In this document: piece by piece, positions 11,604-24,200 of the stretch
Numbering within the stretch: position 1 is the first letter of the stretch
Layout of the letters: the number at the start of each line of letters is the position of its first letter
Program-made: the position numbers and the translations under genes
Notes under the pieces: model-generated
What the model saw: the letters and a program-made list of their open reading frames with translations, nothing else
What the model was told of the DNA's origin: nothing
Databases searched by the model: none
Origin: Selaginella moellendorffii
Lineage: Eukaryota > Plantae > Lycopodiophyta
DNA: 64,000 nucleotides
NCBI RefSeq assembly: GCF_000143415.4
Contig: NW_003314288.1
Location: forward strand, 758,642 to 822,641
Reading direction: 5' to 3'

Positions 11604-12149
11604 TTACATTCCACTGTAGGGTGGCTTAAAAACCCTATATTTTGCACTAGCCAATGCAGTGTTTCCCAAAGGGATGTTGTTCCTCACCATGAAGCAATAG
11701 TGGGTATGTGTCTGTAACTCATTCTTGAATCTATTGTATGTCCACACGTGCACATTTTCCAGACCTGCCATTGGGCAATTCCTATAGTGCTCAAGAAAAG
11801 TCTGTAAACCCATAGAGCTATTTGTCTTGTCCAAGAAAAAGTAGCATATTGGACACCAAATGTAATAGTGTTCTGTGCTTTCAAGTAGTCCCGCTATGTC
11901 AGGAACAAGATCTTGCAAAAACATGTGGCATTGCTCTTGAAGCGCTAAAGGCAATCCCTCTCTAGTAGCAAGATCCAGAATTTCACATATAGGGAGCTCT
12001 AGTTCAGTTTCACTAAAGCCCTCAACAGAAAAAGGATTGTTATGTGGAGGTGAAGGTGGAATGTTGGTAGAACTTGGGGATGGAGGTGGAGATTGATATG
12101 AAATGCTAGGGGGCCAAGTACGAGTAGCAATGAGTCTCCTTTGAGCCAT
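11604..12149 (-). CDS. Intronless 181-aa hypothetical protein with Pro/Ser-rich N-terminus and a CxxC...HxxxC zinc-finger-like motif
   Basis: ATG-to-stop ORF between AT-rich spacers; WCPICYFF...FLEHYRNCP. Confidence 0.5.
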   Translation of the reverse strand: MAQRRLIATRTWPPSISYQSPPPSPSSTNIPPSPPHNNPFSVEGFSETELELPICEILDLATREGLPLALQEQCHMFLQDLVPDIAGLLESTEHYYIWCPICYFFLDKTNSSMGLQTFLEHYRNCPMAGLENVHVWTYNRFKNELQTHTHYCFMVRNNIPLGNTALASAKYRVFKPPYSGM

Positions 12150-12711
12150 TTTAATATAAGCTTCTAATTAGCTCAAAGAGAACAAAAACCTACAATGACT
12201 ATAACTTTTCTAGATAGTTTATATACTAAGGTTTAGTCTTGGGAATGAGGTTTATTTATTATGACACTGAAGCTCTATTTCGTTAAAGTGGGAATTGTCA
12301 TTATCCCACTTGTAAAATAAGGTTTCCAAACCTTTATATAGTATATAAATATAACAAAATTCAATTGCATTGAGGCACATGCCATTTTATTTTAAACAAG
12401 GAAATGTCTACTCAATCACTTCTCCTCCCCCTGCCACTGCTTCACCTCTCTCTTCTCCTTGTCATCGTCGTCCAATTTCTTTCCATCCTTTTAATATTGG
12501 CTCAGTTGCTCCGAGTCTAGGTGGAGCCCAAGTCCCCATTCAATCTTTACTTTCCCCTTATTAATAAAACAACTTCGTAGACTTCCAATAACATGCTGTA
12601 ACACTTCTAGTATAATGCAAATCCTCTCAAAGAATTGTCTTTTAATATTAATACAATGGCATGGAACCCCATGCCATAATAAGTTACATTTTTAAATAAA
12701 TACATGCCATC

Positions 12712-15145
12712 TCAGATTGTTATTTTTTGCCTCCAACGCCTATACAATAATCTTGGAATTTCATCACTCTCCACACTATCAGGATTTAAACCCAATAGTA
12801 ATGCCATCTCTTCTCTAATATGTCCACGCTCATGTTCAGTGGTCGAAGAACCCATCCGGTTGAGCAGATTATGGAGATGCGGATAATGCTTGGCTAGACA
12901 ATATACATGCCATAAATGATGACTGGTGTCTGTCCGATCAAATGGCTTCTGATATACCATTCCATCTGCCATTTGGTTGATTTCTGCAGCCACCTCCTGG
13001 ACTGGCCGGTTCTCTATCACCATCGCTCCAAGCCGTTTTGCAAGGTCCCCCAGAACATACGGTTTCTTCTCCCTAGTTTCCATACTGCAAGAGATGGGGT
13101 GCACTGCATATGTGTGCGTGTTCGCTGCAGTTTTAATCGGCGAGTCATCGATGATGAGGATTTCACTTGAGCTAGCAGTCCGGTTCATCACTACAGCCTC
13201 TGGCTTGACGAAGATGGGCTTGCTACCCCTCACATGGACCATAGTCAAGCAATCCTCTTGCGTTAGGAGAAAGTCAAATGGTAATATTACTCGCGTCTGA
13301 TTGTGCATCATCTGTAGCAACGTTAATGCATTGTGGCGCATCATGGATGTCCAAACTCCCAATTGCAAATTGAACCCGGCCCTCTGTTTTAAGTGTCGCA
13401 TGGTCATTATTAGATCCCGCAGTTTCTCCCGTGTGATTAATGTGAATCTGTCTCTTTTGACCAACTTGCGACCGCAGGCTTTGGAGGGTGCAATGACATT
13501 CGAGGACGAGCCACGCTCATGGGAGAAAAGGACACCGTTCAGATCAAAAACGATACAGTACCTTCGCCGTGACTCTGAAATGAAATGCGTCAGCATAAAA
13601 AATGGTATAAGTCAATTTTACCATCTACAATATTAGCGAATGTTGCTCCCGATGGTCGTTGAGAGGGTTTTGGTCGAGGAAACGTGAAGGGCGGAAATAC
13701 TCTCCTCTGCAATGTGGGGTCAATCGCATCCGATGGCGTGTGGGCACATGCCATTTCAGCTGTAGACTCTGGTACAACTGGCTCAACAGTGGCATGGGGT
13801 GGTTCCGATGGCGTGTGATCACACGCCATTTCAGCTGGTGCCTCCGTTGGCAAAGTGGACATGACCGAACAGGCAGCAGGGGCGGTGTAGGGAGGTTCCA
13901 ACAGCGCGTAGTCAGACGATTGGGCACACGTTGAGTCCGTTGGAAATGAGGATACGACCGGCTCGGCGGCTGGGGCGGCCTCATGTGGGTCCAATGGCGC
14001 CTGGTCACCGTCAGTTGGATACGTGGACAAAATTGACTCAGTGGTATGGGCAGCATCAAGTGGAGCGTGGTCAGCTTGCTTGGCGTTGATATGGATAGTA
14101 GCCTCCACCAGCTCTGATGACTCTTGCAGCCAAGTAGAGTCCACTGGCGGATCCATATGCATGTCCAAATATCTCCCTTCGATTGAGATGGTATCCTCCC
14201 GTGCTACTAAAAACAAACTCATTAGCACATTGAATCGACTATACTGTATTTACCATCAACTGTTATTGAGGAACTAGGACCGATATCACTTGGGCGCACT
14301 GCTGATTCTGAAGGATTGGACATACGTTTCGACCCTTGCTTGGCACTATCCTTCCTCGACACTAAAGGCTAGAGTTTGTAAATTCAACTGAATAATCTCT
14401 ACTTACCATTTGCTCTGCGACCTACATGGACAATGTTAGAAATGGTAAAAGGTTAGGAATGGATGTACTATTATTTACCTGATGGTTTGTCTTGTATGAC
14501 CTTCCTCCGCTGCTCTTTGGCCACCTCAGGCTGGCCATCGTCGTCATCATCGTCGTCGTCGTTATTGTGATCGTCACCATTGTGAGGACCATCCAAGTCC
14601 TCTTCGTCCTCCTCTTCTTCGTCCTCCTCTTCTTTGTCCTCCTCTTCGTCCTTCTGCTCTTCCTGCTCATTATCTTTCTCTGGCTCCTCATCCCCCTCCT
14701 GCATTTCTTCCATAGGCTGCTCAGGCTGGATGGCTTGTTCTTCCAGGACCATCTTGGGAAAATCATCTGGCCGAGTCTCCATCTCAAAATACAAGACATC
14801 CATAGCCTGTTTTAGTGCGTGACCTAGGACCGTATCCTCACCCGACTGTCTTAACATGGTTTCTGCACGTTCTTGCACCCTTCGAAGACGACGAGATGAG
14901 AAAAACGTGGCCCTGACTTGAAAAGCTTCCCTCATCCATTGTACCTCTCCATTGAGATTGGGGAAGGGGAGTCCGCCATAGGAATCTGAGTCATGAGGTG
15001 GTGACTGCCTGCTTTCACTCAGCCCTTGATCTGCAATGAATGGCATGAGCACACACGCCATAACCGCGAGGCACACACGCCATAACCGCTCTTCTTTAGC
15101 TTCAGATTCGGCTTGTTCACCTTGACAATGAGATTTATTATACAA
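12712..15145 (-). CDS. Five-exon gene: acidic N-terminal region + Pro/Ala/Thr-rich linker + C-terminal FCP1/NIF-family HAD phosphatase domain
   Basis: Exons 14479-~15145, 14407-14421, 14254-14361, 13622-14206 and 12712-13574 join via GT-AG phase-1 introns into one open frame. Domain motifs: CIVFDLNGVL, LGVWTSM, DFLLTQEDC, KPIFVK, LIIDDSPIK. Start codon not resolved. Confidence 0.72.
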
Positions 15146-16352
15146 CCAGATGGACTCAGTCTGGACACAAAGTCACCGCGCTAGTCACCATGCCCCAGAT
15201 ATGTCTAGGCCCTGGACAAAAAACATATAATTTCACGTCATTTTCAAATACTTGAAAATTTGTACCTAGTCCCATTTTACTGAATAAATCCCACTTTAAC
15301 GAACTAGAGCTTACTGACAATACTCAGATTCTTTAAATGTCAGTCTTGGAAATGGGGCTTTATAGTCATAGCTTTCTTGTAAATATAAGAGCTTCTAGAA
15401 TTTTAGATTATTATGTATACACATACTCTATCATTATGATGAATCCTACTTTGCTACACATATATTCTTTTCTACACATGCCAAATGTCTAGGGAAATAA
15501 ATTGTAAGGAAATATAGACCACATTATAGTGGTAGAGCACATTGGCACACTACCATTCTCTCATGTGAGATTACCTTTCAGTCTTGGAAATGTAGATAAA
15601 GTTGATTCTTTGATGTGATATTACTTTTGAGTCTTTCGAAAGATTTTGATTTCTTTTATCATTATTTACAAACAATTCCCAAAAACTTTTAATGAGGATT
15701 CACTGCAAAATATACCTTGGTCTTATCATATAAGAGGATTGCGATATAGGCAAGCAATAGAGTTTTTAATATGAATTAATATGTAAAGTACAAATATCAT
15801 GGAAAGTTTTATGAAGTAAATTTCTTGGTGCTTTTTGCTGTGCTATTCATTTCTTCATTTCTCTTGCTCTAGACTGTTGTTTTAGAAGTAACAAGAGCAT
15901 TTTTATCAATCGTGATAATGGTCTCCACATTCCCAGATGGGTAATAAAGACCAGGAATGTAATATGGAGGTTGTGGTAGTGAAACAAAATTAACATTCTC
16001 ACATTCCTTTGCACTACAACTCTTACTCACAGATCATGTATTTTCCTTGCTTCCCATCTTCTCAAGAACCCTAAAAAATCTTTTGAATGAAGGAATAGTA
16101 TCTACAACTGTAAAAGTATTCTAAATATTAAGTAGTCAAATCAAAATATGACACCTGTAACAGTTGTCATAATAAAATAATATAGTTTTATAAAAGATAG
16201 GTTCTTATGAACTTTGTCTTTTTTAAACAATTCAATCTTATAGAAACTTTTAACTTAGATATTTACGTATTTTAATATTTTAAAGTTTGCTAGAACCTTC
16301 ATTTGTTCAATTTAGATCTCCTTTTTAATATTTCTTATTGACTATATTGACT

Positions 16353-16443
16353 TGTTGAGGCACTCCAAGCTGGTTGTGGTGGCACTCCAAATAAGCCTTC
16401 CTTCGTGGATTGATTCAAGATTCCAACCTTTTTCAGTGATGGT
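16353..16443 (+). mobile_element. ~90-bp gag fragment of the same Ty3 family as 25127-28450
   Basis: tgttgaggcactccaagctgg...attcaagattccaacctttttcagtgatggtg is near-identical to ~25159-25249. Confidence 0.85.
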
Positions 16444-17697
16444 GATTTTCCACTCCATGGGAACTCGGAGTGTTGTGTCTTACACCGCGATCATCCAGGG
16501 CTGCAACACGAACGGGCGAGCTGAACTTGCTCTGGAGTACTACTCTGCCCTGAGAGCTGATAACACCATTCAAGCTGATGCTTGCACCTACACTTGCGTC
16601 CTTGTTGCTTGCGGGAGTGTGATGGCGATCAAGCTCGGGAGGGAGATTCACCAGCTGGCGAAGCATAAAGGGCTGCTGAAAAACAATCCAGTTCTGGGCT
16701 CCAGCCTGGTGAGAAATGCGGCGATGTTGATTCTGCTCAGGAAGCGTTTGACGAGTGCCGAGCTCGGAACGACACGGGTCTCTGGAACTCTCTCATACAG
16801 GCTTACACTCTCCAGGGCCGATCGATCGAGGCCTTGGAGCGTTTCTATTCCATGACTCAGGAGGAGGGCTGTAAAGCTGACGATGTGAGTTTTGTCTCGG
16901 TGTTGAACGCTTGCAGCCATGGTGGTCTGGTCGGGAAAGGAAGGCAGCTTCTGGATGAAATGCCCAAGCAGTATGGAGTCAAGCCACGTCTGGAGCATTA
17001 TGTGTGCCTGATCGATATGCTCGGGCGAGCTAACCTCCTCGACGAAGCTGTGAGAGTTCTCAGAGCCATGCCTTTTGAAGCGGATGCAGTGGTTTGGACG
17101 TCCCTGCTCGGAGCCTGCCGGAAGTGGAAGAATTACACGATTGGCAAACTCGCGTTTGAGCGTCTTGTGGAGATGGATCCCAAGAGCGGCACGCCCTACG
17201 CATTGATGGCCAATATATTTGGAAACCTGGGGATGCTCAGTGAAAGGGCTGCTGTTGTGGAGAGAATGAGAGGTGAAGGCAGCTTCAGGGAGCCCGGGAG
17301 AAGCTGGTGGACGGATGTTAGCTCAGGAAAAGTGCATTCTTTTTCTGTCGGGGATAGGAGTCACTCACAGAGCGACGAGATTGCGGCCAAGCTCAAGCAA
17401 TTGCTGCTGAGAATGAAAGAGGAGGGGTACGCGAGCGATGTGATCAACGATCTAAAAGACATGCCCGAGGAAGATCACCTGTGCGGCCACAGTGAGAAGC
17501 TTGCGCTGGGGTGTGCTCTGGTGAACTCGCACCAGAAGGAGACCATCAGAATCGTGAAAAATCTCCGAGTTTGTGACGATTGCCATGCGGCCACTACTCT
17601 CATCTCTAAGCTGGAAAAAAGGCTAATCATCTGCAAAGATGCCAGTCGGGTTCATGTGTTCCAGGATGGCAGATGTTCCTGTGACAACTACTTTTGA
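16444..17697 (+). pseudogene. 5'-truncated, frameshifted copy of the PPR-DYW gene (last PPR motifs, E1-E2-DYW)
   Basis: Near-identical to ~60313-61576; ~10-bp deletion near 16712 (ctggtgagaaatgcgg vs ctggtgaccttctacggcaaatgcgg); DYW domain still open (HSEKLA...CDDCH...CSCDNYF). Confidence 0.93.
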
Positions 17698-18239
17698 AAA
17701 CATGTCAGTGCTCTTTCTTGCAGTTATTCCTGGTTTTAAACCCTCCATGAGTCAAGCAGAAACATGGGCCGCTGAGTGAGCATGCCTCGTCAAAGTACCG
17801 CCGTCAACCTGAACTTCATGGAGAAAAAATTAACATTTAAAAGTTAAAACTATGCAAAAGGAGGATGACACGTTGTCTTAAATTTAAATTTCTTTTTGGT
17901 GAATGCTGACTAAACCTACCAATAGGTGCCCCAAAACGGAGCGCCCAGATTCAGATAATAAGCCTTAGTATGAAGACTTGCCGGTACCCAACTTTGGTTT
18001 TGTGCTCCTAGAGCACGTTGAAGATGTGTGGAAGCTGGTGACGACAGCATTTGTTTCTTGCGACGTACTCAACAGTTCCTTGGCGACGTCTTCCTTCCAG
18101 ATTTTTTGAGCTTTTCGTGAGTGGTGACCTGCTTGCTCTCTCCTGTGACGACTTCTTCCAGCCTCTGGTGCCCAACCCCAAATACACCAAAGAAGTGTGT
18201 ATAAGAAGAGTAGAAACAAATTAAGAAATTTAAATTAAA

Positions 18240-21200
18240 TGCAAGGGGTTCCAAAAGTATAGTAGGGATAGTGAGGTCTAGGAACTAGTCTTGAAAGAAC
18301 TCTCCAGTGGTGCTTCCAAACTGACTTGAGGTTGAGATTGGGGCTGAGGGGCCTTGGATAGGAGTGAACATGGATTCGGGTGGTGCCGAAAGGGCCACCC
18401 AAGGAAGTGTTCAAGAGCAACTCCCACTCTCAAAAGGGAAACCAACTGCAGTGCTCTTGGCTCATATGGAATGGTGCCCCACTTGAGTACCTTGTGGCTC
18501 ATTGGTCCTCCCTCTTCCTAGGGGCTTGGGCCTTCCCTTCAGGATTGAAGTGGGGGGGTAAAGGTACTCATACCGGGGTGTCAGGCCACAGTGTTTTCCC
18601 CCGGTATCCCGAAGCAAGTGTTGCACCCAAGACTTGGGATTTAGAAGGTCCCATGATCAAGTCTTGTTGTACCAAGGGATGTTAAGAACCTGGAGGTTTG
18701 GTGTGCTTGGCTGCTTAAGCCTGCAGGGAGTGTAGCCGAACCTTAAGTCTAGTCTAACCCAAGGAGGGGGATTGGGAGAGATTTGGGAATCTGTGGATGG
18801 ATGGCTAATGCTCCGTTGCTCGTGCAGTGAGTAGCTGAAACCAAGTAGGACCAAGTAGGAATTGGTACAATAGGTGGGAACCTTGGCGAGGGAACTTAGC
18901 AAAAGCCAAGGCAGTGTTGGTCGGATAGACAAGGTAAGCTGAAAAATTGGAAAGGAAAAATTTGTGGCTTACAATTTGGTATTGGAGCCTTTTCCTCAGT
19001 TCTAGTGAAGGATAGAGGCGGATTGCTGGGAGATGGCGAAGGCAGGGCGGAAATAAACCAAGGCAGAGACGGAACCTCTTCCAGAGCTGGAGCCTCCGGT
19101 CAAACAAGAGGTTATGGATGAGGAATCTTTGCATGAGGACTCTAGTGAGGAAATTTCCAAATAGGAGTTCAGTGATGAGGTTCGGTCATCCAAGGCTAGA
19201 TTGGATGTTCCAAAAGGACAATTGGCACAGACCAATGCCTTGTTGGAGACTTTTGTACGCAAGCTAAAGCGTGATAAAAAGCGGAAGAAAAGGCAAAAGA
19301 TTGTTGATGCTGGCAGCACAGAAGGTGCGGACCCTTCAATAGGGACTGAAGACCGAAGTGGAATCAATCCCTCAAGCAGTTCCCAAGTACAAAACAAAGC
19401 CCCCACCGGTCTTCAAGGGAGTGAATAACTATAAGGTGGTGGAGGATTGGTTTTACAATATGGAGGACTACTTTCGAGCGTTGCGGTTACCGAGGTCAGA
19501 GAAGGTCCCATGTGCAAAACCATACTTGGCAGATAATGCCAAGTTTTGGTGGAGAACAACAGAGGCCAACGAAGGACTGATAGCCACTTGGGAAATGATG
19601 AAGGCGAGGATCCGTGCGACTTACGTTCCTCCGAATGCTACTCTATATCTAAGAGATGAGATGAGTAGGCTGAAGCAGACCGGAACCATTCAGGAGTATG
19701 TGAATGGGTTTATGGCAAAGGGGATACTTGTCACGGACATGGGGGATATGGATGCATTCCATGCCTTCATATCGGGCTTGAAAACCTAGGCTTGCAGTGA
19801 AGTGATGCGTTGGAATCCAACCAACTACAAGGAAGCATTGGATGCGGCCATCAAGGTGCATTTCAATGATAACCTGTGAAAGGGGAACACGACAGGGTTG
19901 GGGTCTACGTTTATCAAAAGGGCCAAACCAAGGGGAATGTATAGCAAAGGGAAATTCAAGAAGAGTTTCTCTAAGAATGAGTCCTCAGGGTTTCGAAAAG
20001 GCAAATCCGATAGGCTGCGAGCGAGTACATGGGGGAGTCAAACAAAAAGAGACAAACCCATAGATAAGAAGGTCAAGTCGGTTAGCAGCGTGGGAAACAA
20101 CGTATGCTACAACTACGGTGAAGCAAGACACTTTTTGAGGGAATGTCCCTACCCGAAGAAGGCCAGAGCAAATATGGCCATTAAGTTGGGTGAAACCCAA
20201 ATTGAGGTATGTGATCCAGTCTTTAGCTCAAAGTTACTCATTACACGAGCAACTTTGGTAGAGAGTTATTCGCGACATCTACTAGCCCTTTGAGGGAAGC
20301 TCAGAGGTAGCTTTGTTAAGATCCTTATTGACACGGGTGCTTCAGATAATTTTGTGGCTATAGACATAGTCCGGCAAGCCGGACTAACGGTCCAGCAGCT
20401 AGGTGAACCAAGGACTATAGAGTTTATTCAAGGTAGCAAAAGCACCAATGAGGTACTTCGACAAGCGAGAGTCGAAGTAGGGACATGGAAAGTAAACATG
20501 GATTTCACCGTGTTGGACATAGCAGGATTTGATGTGATCTTTGGGATGGATTGGTTCAATCATTTCATGGTAGCCCTGCATGGACAAGGTAGGAACCTTG
20601 TGGTACTAGCGAATGCCCAAGGAAGAAGATCCAGGGTGGAGGCCCAGGATTTAAAGGTAGGGCAATGCAAGGCCAAAGATTCCTGCCTAAACCTAGTGTC
20701 CACGAGAGGACAACTCACTAAAGGAACCAAGGTAGCATTTTTGTGCTTACTCTTGATGAAGAATGACAAAAAGATGGGAATAGAAGAAGTACCTTTAGTG
20801 ATCTAGTGGGTGTTGGACAAGGTCCAAGATACCATACCAAAAGAGCTACCGGTGGGGTTGCCCCCCACACGACTGATAGAACATAAGATTGAGTTGGTCG
20901 ATGTTGCTGAGGTGGTGGTTCATCCCCCCTATCATTTGAACGAAAAAGAACTTGAGGAGCTTAAGCACCAATTAGAAGAGTTACAAAGGGTATGTTAGGT
21001 TGAGCAAGTTGCTATATAGGGCACTGGTGTTATTTGTGAAAAAGAAAGATGGATTTATGCGCATATGCATAGACTACTGGTTGCTCAACAAGTATACAAA
21101 GAAGAACAAGTACCCTTTGCCAAGGATTGAGGATCTGTTCAATAGGTTAGGAAAGGCAAAATACTTCTCGAGGATTAACCTAAGGTCAGGATACTACCAA

Positions 21201-24200
21201 ATCAGGGTAGCAAAGGAAAATGTCGAGAACACAACCTATTGAACAAGGTATTGGAGCTTTGAGTTTCTGGTGATGCCCTTCGGGCTATGCAATGCGCCGG
21301 CAACATTTTCGGCATTGATGAACCACATCTTTGTACCCTATTTGGATCACTTTGTGGTCATTTATATTGATGACATCCTGATCTATAGCGAAACGCTAAA
21401 GGATCATGCCGAACACTTGACGAAGGTGTTTGAGAAACTAAGGGAACACCAGCTGTATACTAAAGAGAGCAAATGTGACTTTGCTTAACAAGAGGTAAAG
21501 TTTCTCGGGCATATGGTGGGCAAGGACGGGCTCAAGGTGGACTTTGAGAAGGTCCAAGCGATCCAGAATTGGGAGTGACCATCGAATGTACATAAGTTGA
21601 GGGCGTTCTTAGGGCTATGCAACTACTATCGAAATTTTATCAAACAGTTTTCAAGAGTAGCCCTACCCTTAACAGACCAAACGGGAAAAGGGAAGATGGT
21701 ATGGATAGCGGAATGCGAGGTAGCATTTATCCACGTCAAAGGGAAGTTGAGGAAAGGCTCCTGTGTTGGTATTACCAGACTTTGGTAAGGACTTTGAAGT
21801 AGAAATGGATGCTTCAGACTTTGCGTCAGGCACAGTTTTGAAGCAAGACAACCATCTAGTAGCATTCTTCTTGAAGAAGTTGGACAAGGCTCAACGGAAG
21901 TGGCTTGCCCACGAGAAGGAATTGTTTGCGGTGGTCATGGCACTCAAGGAGTGGCGACACTACCTTGGGAGACAATTCAAGGTTTACATAGACAATGTGG
22001 CAACAAAACACTTCTTGTCACAGCCCGACCTGAGAGGGAAACAAGGTCGATGGTCCAATGCTTTGGCCGTGTTGTTGAGGAATCTGGAGGCATGGGAAGC
22101 TCACCAGAGAGGTGAGCTACCAATAGAAGAGAAAACAGGCTATGCGGAATGCAATGGACTCATCTATTACAAGTAAACGAGGGTGTACGTTCTAGAAGGG
22201 GAACTAAGGAAGGTAGCCTTAGAAGAGTGTTATGACGGACCTCTTGTGGGACACGGCAGAGTGCCCAAGACGATGGGCTTACTTAAGAGGAAGTACCACT
22301 AGCCAGATATGGATAAGGACATCCAAGACTATGTAAAGATATGTCCAACATGTCAGTAGGTCAAAGCTATGACTAAGGCTAGTGGGGGCTTGTTACAAAG
22401 CATCCCAATTCCAAATTATCCATGGAAATGTCTTACAATGGACTTCATCATGGGACTCCCCCCAAGTGAGGGGTTTGATGCGATATTCGTGGTGGTGGAC
22501 CGATTTTCGAAGATGGCACATTTCATACCCACCACAACGAAAGTGGATGCAGAAGGTGTGGCGAAGCTGTTCGTCGAACAAGTGGTTCGAGTGCAGGGAA
22601 GGCCAGAGGAGATCATCTCAAATCAAGATAAGATCTTCACCAGCAGGTTCTGGAGAACTCTCCTAGAACAGTATTGCATGAAATTCAGCATAGCCTATCA
22701 CCCACAGACAGGTATTAAGTATTAAATCAAGTTGGATGGCACTAACACTTCTTGACAGATGGATAAATGGAAAGGGTGAATAGGCAGCTGGAGGATTATT
22801 TGTGATGCTATGTCTCCGGAGATCAGATTGATTGGGTAAGTCATTTGGGACTTGCAAAAATGTGCTATAACAACTCAGCATAGTCAAGTATCGGGGTGAG
22901 TCCATGGGAAATCATTAATGGGCGAGCTATTGAAGGTTCTAAGGAACTTGGCATGGCGGAGTATCATGGAGAGTTACCCACAGTGGAGGCATTCACGGCG
23001 GAAAGACTCAACATTTGGAATCTAGTGAGGGATTCCTTGGAACAGGCTCAACAAAGGCAAACCAAGTATGCGAATTAGAAGCATCAGGACGTAGAGTTCC
23101 AATCTGGGGAGAAGGTGTGGCTGAACACCAAAAACTTAATGCTACCAAGTGGGATCAGTCAGAAGTTGACCCAAAGGTAAGATGCATGTATTCCTGGAAA
23201 TAAACTGATCTTGAGTTTCTTAAGCAGATTCGCGGGGCTTTACGAAATTGAGGCACGAATTGGTAAAGTGGCTTACCGCCTCTGACTTCCTCGAGAGATG
23301 GGGAAGATGCACCCAGTGTTCTATGTGAACCTACTCAAGCTATAGTTTGAGGATCTGCTTCGCAAGGACCAAGTGAGACCTTTACTAGAGGTTATCCAAG
23401 GGGAAGAGGAATACGAAGTGGAGGCCATTCTCAATGCACGCAAGAGCAAGCGGCAAGGACATGAAGTGAGAGAGTTCTATGTGAAGTGAAAAGGATTTCC
23501 ACATTGCGAAATAACATGGGAACCGGAGGAGAACCTAGCGAACGTGATCTAGTAGAGGAATTTCTACAAGGTAGAACTCCATGTACTTATGCAAAGTTCA
23601 ATTAAAAGCATCCATTTGTGAAGTTGAGCAATAGCATATGTTAGGACCCGAAGGTGCACTGAAGGTAAGCTAATTAGCATGGGTTAGCTAGGTCGACCAA
23701 GCATAGGGCACTACACTCGACTCCCTACAGGGATATCAAATCCGTAAACGTATTCTATGGAGGTTGGGTTTGAGTCCCAACCCCCTAGTAAAGCAAGGCT
23801 GGGTTCAAGTCCCGACCCCATACTAGGGCGTGGTTGGGTGAGGGGTATAGGGACACCTATATTCTGTTGTCATGGGCTCTTGGCCAGGGAGGCTAACTTA
23901 AACACACCGCTAAGTGGGGGGATGCCCCCAGAGACATGGTCAACAAGTCGTAGGATAAAAAGATATGTTCAATATGGGTATCAAACTTCTTCTATGGGTG
24001 GTGGAGTTGTAAGGAACCAACTCCCTGAGGTGTCATAGGCTAAAGGATCCCTGAAAACATGACCGAAATGACAAAGAGTTTATCGGATGGGACCGAGTTT
24101 GAGATCAAGTCCAAGACCGACTTTGAGACTGAGTTCGAGATAAAGTCCGAGATCAAGTTCGAGGCCAACTCGGAGACCGAGTTTGAGACCGAGTTTGAGA

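Noticed and set aside
16330-16352. CACTA or Helitron terminus at the right edge of the left cassette
   Set aside because: No TAGTG end, and no CTRR with hairpin; the boundary type is undetermined.
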